A DNA stretch of 64,000 nt from Candidatus Omnitrophota bacterium (lineage in GTDB: Bacteria; Omnitrophota; Gorgyraeia; Gygaellales; Profunditerraquicolaceae), in contig JAQTQJ010000006.1 of assembly GCA_028712255.1 (NCBI GenBank), forward strand, positions 44,813-108,812, in the 5' to 3' direction. The translations under genes and the position numbers were made by a program. The notes beneath the pieces are model-generated. The model had not been told where the DNA came from. It worked only from the letters and a program-made list of their open reading frames with translations, and ran no database searches. Of this stretch, positions 61,125-64,000 are shown one piece after another (position 1 is the stretch's first letter; each line of letters begins with the position of its first letter).

Positions 61125-61895
61125 ATGAAAAATAAACTTGTGATCAGTATTTCTGTAATTTTAATTTTACTTTTATTTATCGCTCTAATTCTAACTCCAG
61201 CTTACAAAAAAATACCGATAAAAAAAATCCCTGCTGTAAAAGGAAAAATTGCCATTGTAATTGATGATTGGGGATATCATTTAGATAATATGGCAATCGT
61301 AAAAGAAATAAAAGTTCCTTTGACGTGTGCGATTCTGCCGAATCTGAAAAACTCAAAGGAAGTTGCTAGAAAATTAAATAACCTTGGTTTTGAAATAATC
61401 CTACATCTGCCAATGGAGCCAAAAGAAAAATACAGATTAGAAGTAAATACCATTACCTTGAACATGGGAACCAAGCAGGTTAGTAATATTATGGATACTG
61501 GTTTGGACTCGATAATTTTTGCAAAAGGAATATCGAATCATATGGGTTCAGCTATTACAGAGGATAGAAGAATAAGCGGAATAGTAATGTTGGAAACCAA
61601 AAAGCGTAATCTATATTTTCTGGACAGTTTCGTAACTGCAAGATCCGTCTGCCGCCAGATTGCTGTAAAAATTAAAGAAAGATTTGCCAAGCGTGATGTA
61701 TTTTTAGATAATCAGGACGATCCTGCATATATAAGAGGACAGCTTTTAAAATTAAAGAATCTATGCCGAAAACAAACCAGTGTAATCGCCATCGGTCATG
61801 ACCGTAAAAATACTTTAATGGTATTAAAAGAAATGCTTCCTAAAATGAAGGAAGAAGGTTACAAATTTGTTTTTGTTTCGGAGATAGCAAAATGA
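61125..61895 (+). CDS. divergent polysaccharide deacetylase family protein (YibQ-like)
   Basis: N-terminal TM followed by IAIVIDDWGY, typical of the YibQ/DUF610 family. Confidence 0.65.
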   Translation: MKNKLVISISVILILLLFIALILTPAYKKIPIKKIPAVKGKIAIVIDDWGYHLDNMAIVKEIKVPLTCAILPNLKNSKEVARKLNNLGFEIILHLPMEPKEKYRLEVNTITLNMGTKQVSNIMDTGLDSIIFAKGISNHMGSAITEDRRISGIVMLETKKRNLYFLDSFVTARSVCRQIAVKIKERFAKRDVFLDNQDDPAYIRGQLLKLKNLCRKQTSVIAIGHDRKNTLMVLKEMLPKMKEEGYKFVFVSEIAK

Positions 61896-62875
61896 TAGTT
61901 TTAGGAATTGAAAGCTCCTGTGACGAAACCTCTGTTGCGCTAGTTAAAGACGGTAAAAAAATCCTGGCCAATGTAGTCGCCAGTAGCTTAAAAATACATA
62001 GTAAACATGGAGGAATAGTGCCTGAGATTGCTTCTCGCATGCAACTTGAAAGCATTTCAGATGTTTTTTCTCAAGCTATTAAAACCGCTAAAATAAAAAT
62101 AGAGGATATTGATCTTGTTTCTGTAACAAGCGGGCCTGGGTTACCGGGGTCACTTCTAGTTGGAATTTCATTTGCTAAAGCGCTGGCAATAAGCTTAAAG
62201 AAACCGATACTTGGCGTTAACCATATCCATAGCCATATTTATGCAAATCTTCTTTGCCATAAAAATATTAATTTTCCTTGTATGGCTTTAGTTGTTTCCG
62301 GAGGCCACACCAGTCTTTTTTATATCAAAGATTTTTCTGAGATTAAAACAATAGGGCAGACTCTTGATGATGCTTGCGGAGAGGCTTTTGATAAAGTAGC
62401 TAAAATTATGGGTATGGAATATCCCGGAGGCCCTGAGATCGAAAAATTTTCTAAAGGAGCAAATAAACATAAAATAAAGTTTGCTTGCTGTGGAACCGAT
62501 AATGAATTTAATTTCAGCTTCAGTGGTATAAAAACAGCTGTGTTATATTGTTTAAAAAATAAAAAAGTTGAAACTAAATTAAAGAAAGATATCGCAGCTT
62601 CTTTCCAGGAAAGCGTAATTAATGCGTTAGTAAAAAAATCTATTCTGGCTTGTAGGCGTTATAATGTAGAAAATCTTCTAATTGGAGGGGGAGTTATTGC
62701 CAATAGATCATTGCGCCAGACATTTAGCGAAAGCGCAAAGGATAGCGGACTTAATTGTTTTTTTCCGGATACCTTTCTATGTATGGATAATGCTGCAATG
62801 GTTGCCGGATTGGCAGATTATCTTTATAAACAAGGAAAAAGAAGCAACTTGAATCTAAATATTGAGTTCAATTAG
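61892..62875 (+). CDS. tsaD: tRNA N6-adenosine threonylcarbamoyltransferase TsaD
   Basis: ILGIESSCDETSVA N-terminus and a Kae1/YgjD-family metal-binding HxxxH region. Confidence 0.9.
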   Translation: MIVLGIESSCDETSVALVKDGKKILANVVASSLKIHSKHGGIVPEIASRMQLESISDVFSQAIKTAKIKIEDIDLVSVTSGPGLPGSLLVGISFAKALAISLKKPILGVNHIHSHIYANLLCHKNINFPCMALVVSGGHTSLFYIKDFSEIKTIGQTLDDACGEAFDKVAKIMGMEYPGGPEIEKFSKGANKHKIKFACCGTDNEFNFSFSGIKTAVLYCLKNKKVETKLKKDIAASFQESVINALVKKSILACRRYNVENLLIGGGVIANRSLRQTFSESAKDSGLNCFFPDTFLCMDNAAMVAGLADYLYKQGKRSNLNLNIEFN

Positions 62876-63004
62876 TGGATTACCGTCTCATAAAATAAGC
62901 CAAAATTCTTTTCAACAATTTTGGCTTATTCGGCGGTATTAATTCGCGCATTGACTTACTCACACTGGCGTGTTCGTAAGTCAAGCGCTCATTAAGGAGG
63001 GTAC

Positions 63005-63457
63005 ATGCCAACCGATTTTCAAATGATCATACGTTTGTTATTAACTTTACTTTTGAGTGGGTTAATTGGCCTGGAACGTCAGGTTCATCGCAGAGATGCT
63101 GGTTTGCGTACGCATATATTAGTAGCCTTAGGCTCTTGCCTTATCATGTTGACATCCTTATATGTTTTTGATATATATAAAGATAAGGTTTCATTGGATC
63201 CGGCGCGAATTGCCGCTGGAGTAATTACCGGTATCGGTTTCCTTGGAGCAGGCACAATAATCCGCGAACCTGAAAAAGTAAGAGGATTAACTACTGCTGC
63301 CAGTTTATGGGTTGTTGCCGGAATAGGCCTGGCAGCAGGGATTGGTTTTAATAGAGTAGCAATATATACTACTGTTTTAGTTTTAATTGTTTTGCATTTT
63401 TTACGCTTTGTGGAAGGATCCCTTACTCTTACAAAGGAGGATAATCATGGCATTTAA
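63005..63457 (+). CDS. mgtC: MgtC/SapB-family membrane protein
   Basis: LLSGLIGLERQ N-terminal motif, 150 aa. Confidence 0.8.
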   Translation: MPTDFQMIIRLLLTLLLSGLIGLERQVHRRDAGLRTHILVALGSCLIMLTSLYVFDIYKDKVSLDPARIAAGVITGIGFLGAGTIIREPEKVRGLTTAASLWVVAGIGLAAGIGFNRVAIYTTVLVLIVLHFLRFVEGSLTLTKEDNHGI

Positions 63458-63950
63458 AAAGAAGCTGGAGGAAAAAACCCTTGATGTAGATGCCGCAATG
63501 CAGGGCTCTTTGAGTTTTAAGGATCCGGTTAATCTGCGTATTAATGGAAAATTTGAAGGTACTCTTGATACCCGGGGTAACTTAACTATTGGTTCTACTG
63601 CTGTCATTAATGCAGATATTATCGGGGATAATATTATTATTGGAGGTAAAGTTAAAGGCAAAATTACTGCCCGTGAACGGCTTACCCTACTGCCGCAGGC
63701 AATAGTTGAGGGGCATATTTATCCGGCCAAACTCAATATTGCTGAAGGCGCGCTTCTAGAAGGCCAATGCACAATGCTGCATGATTTCCTTAATCCGGAA
63801 GAATTAGCAAAATACCTGGAGGTAGAATTAAGTTCAATAATTGAATGGGCCAATTCAGGAAAAGTGCCAGCTAACAAAGAAGATAACGACTGGAAATTTG
63901 AACGTCGTGCCATAGATAGCTGGGTAGCATCGGGAAAAATTGGAAAATAA
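63447..63950 (+). CDS. bactofilin-domain protein fused to a C-terminal excisionase-type HTH (HTH_17-like)
   Basis: A beta-helical bactofilin repeat region (GKFEGTL...GDNIIIGGKVKGKI...) followed by LNPEELAKYLEVELSSIIEWANSGKVPANKEDNDWKFERRAIDSWVA, which resembles an excisionase-family HTH. It overlaps mgtC by 11 nt. Confidence 0.6.
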   Translation: MAFKKKLEEKTLDVDAAMQGSLSFKDPVNLRINGKFEGTLDTRGNLTIGSTAVINADIIGDNIIIGGKVKGKITARERLTLLPQAIVEGHIYPAKLNIAEGALLEGQCTMLHDFLNPEELAKYLEVELSSIIEWANSGKVPANKEDNDWKFERRAIDSWVASGKIGK

Positions 63951-64000
63951 TTTAAAAAATGGGCGAAGAAAAACTACTTACCGTCAGAGAAGTCTCCGCT

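Noticed and set aside
1-64000. Alternative genetic code (for example UGA or UAA reassignment)
   Set aside because: Long uninterrupted ORFs with TAA, TAG and TGA stops at expected gene ends throughout the window indicate the standard bacterial code. The single in-frame TAA in dnaG is an isolated anomaly.

Overview
This 64 kb window reads as a low-GC (about 38-40%) core-genome segment of a diderm bacterium, since LptD and a C-terminal-Phe outer-membrane beta-barrel protein are present. It is densely packed with housekeeping genes, almost all on the + strand. In order these are trxB, GTP-PEPCK, purC, miaB-like, miaA, hflX, a MerR-like regulator, CIRCE-hrcA-grpE-dnaK-dnaJ, accD, an orphan sugar-type ABC ATPase, two tandem GAF-GGDEF proteins, ROK glucokinase, transaldolase, lptD, a nucleotide-sugar block (ugd, WbpO-like, WbpP-like, UXS), cvpA, nif3, dnaG, rpoD, a PAS-GGDEF-HD-GYP protein, tRNA-Met(CAT), tRNA-Val(CAC), a Zn-ribbon protein, rnhA, RNase P RNA, yebC, ruvC, ruvA, scpB, pheA, hisC, DAHP synthase, tyrA, cmk, lepA, lepB, pgsA, plsY, a giant OMP, one reverse-strand 1075-aa GH94-like protein, gatCAB, ctpA, a YibQ-like deacetylase, tsaD, mgtC and a bactofilin-HTH fusion. 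I found no CRISPR array, integrase, transposase or recognisable defence island. The unusual content is small-scale, not one clear multi-gene system. There are 30-nt and about 54-nt near-identical copies of the 3' ends of the two tRNAs lying downstream of each tRNA, separated from it by short inserts that each contain two perfect hairpins. There are two in-frame doublets of the palindrome GGGGACAGTCCCC inside the miaB-like CDS. There is a terminator-palindrome family with a shared GGGAC(C/G)GTTCT core. A conserved 5' leader motif CACCCCGCGC-N11/12-GCGCG(G/T)GTG sits immediately upstream of both an FmdB-like Zn-ribbon gene and gatC. There is a long multi-hairpin leader in front of the orphan ABC ATPase. 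A single in-frame TAA replaces a conserved Tyr codon in dnaG. A T9 homopolymer frameshift splits a TPR-SPOR protein. Bactofilin is fused to an excisionase-type HTH. Coordinates of non-coding elements are hand-counted and may be off by a few nucleotides.
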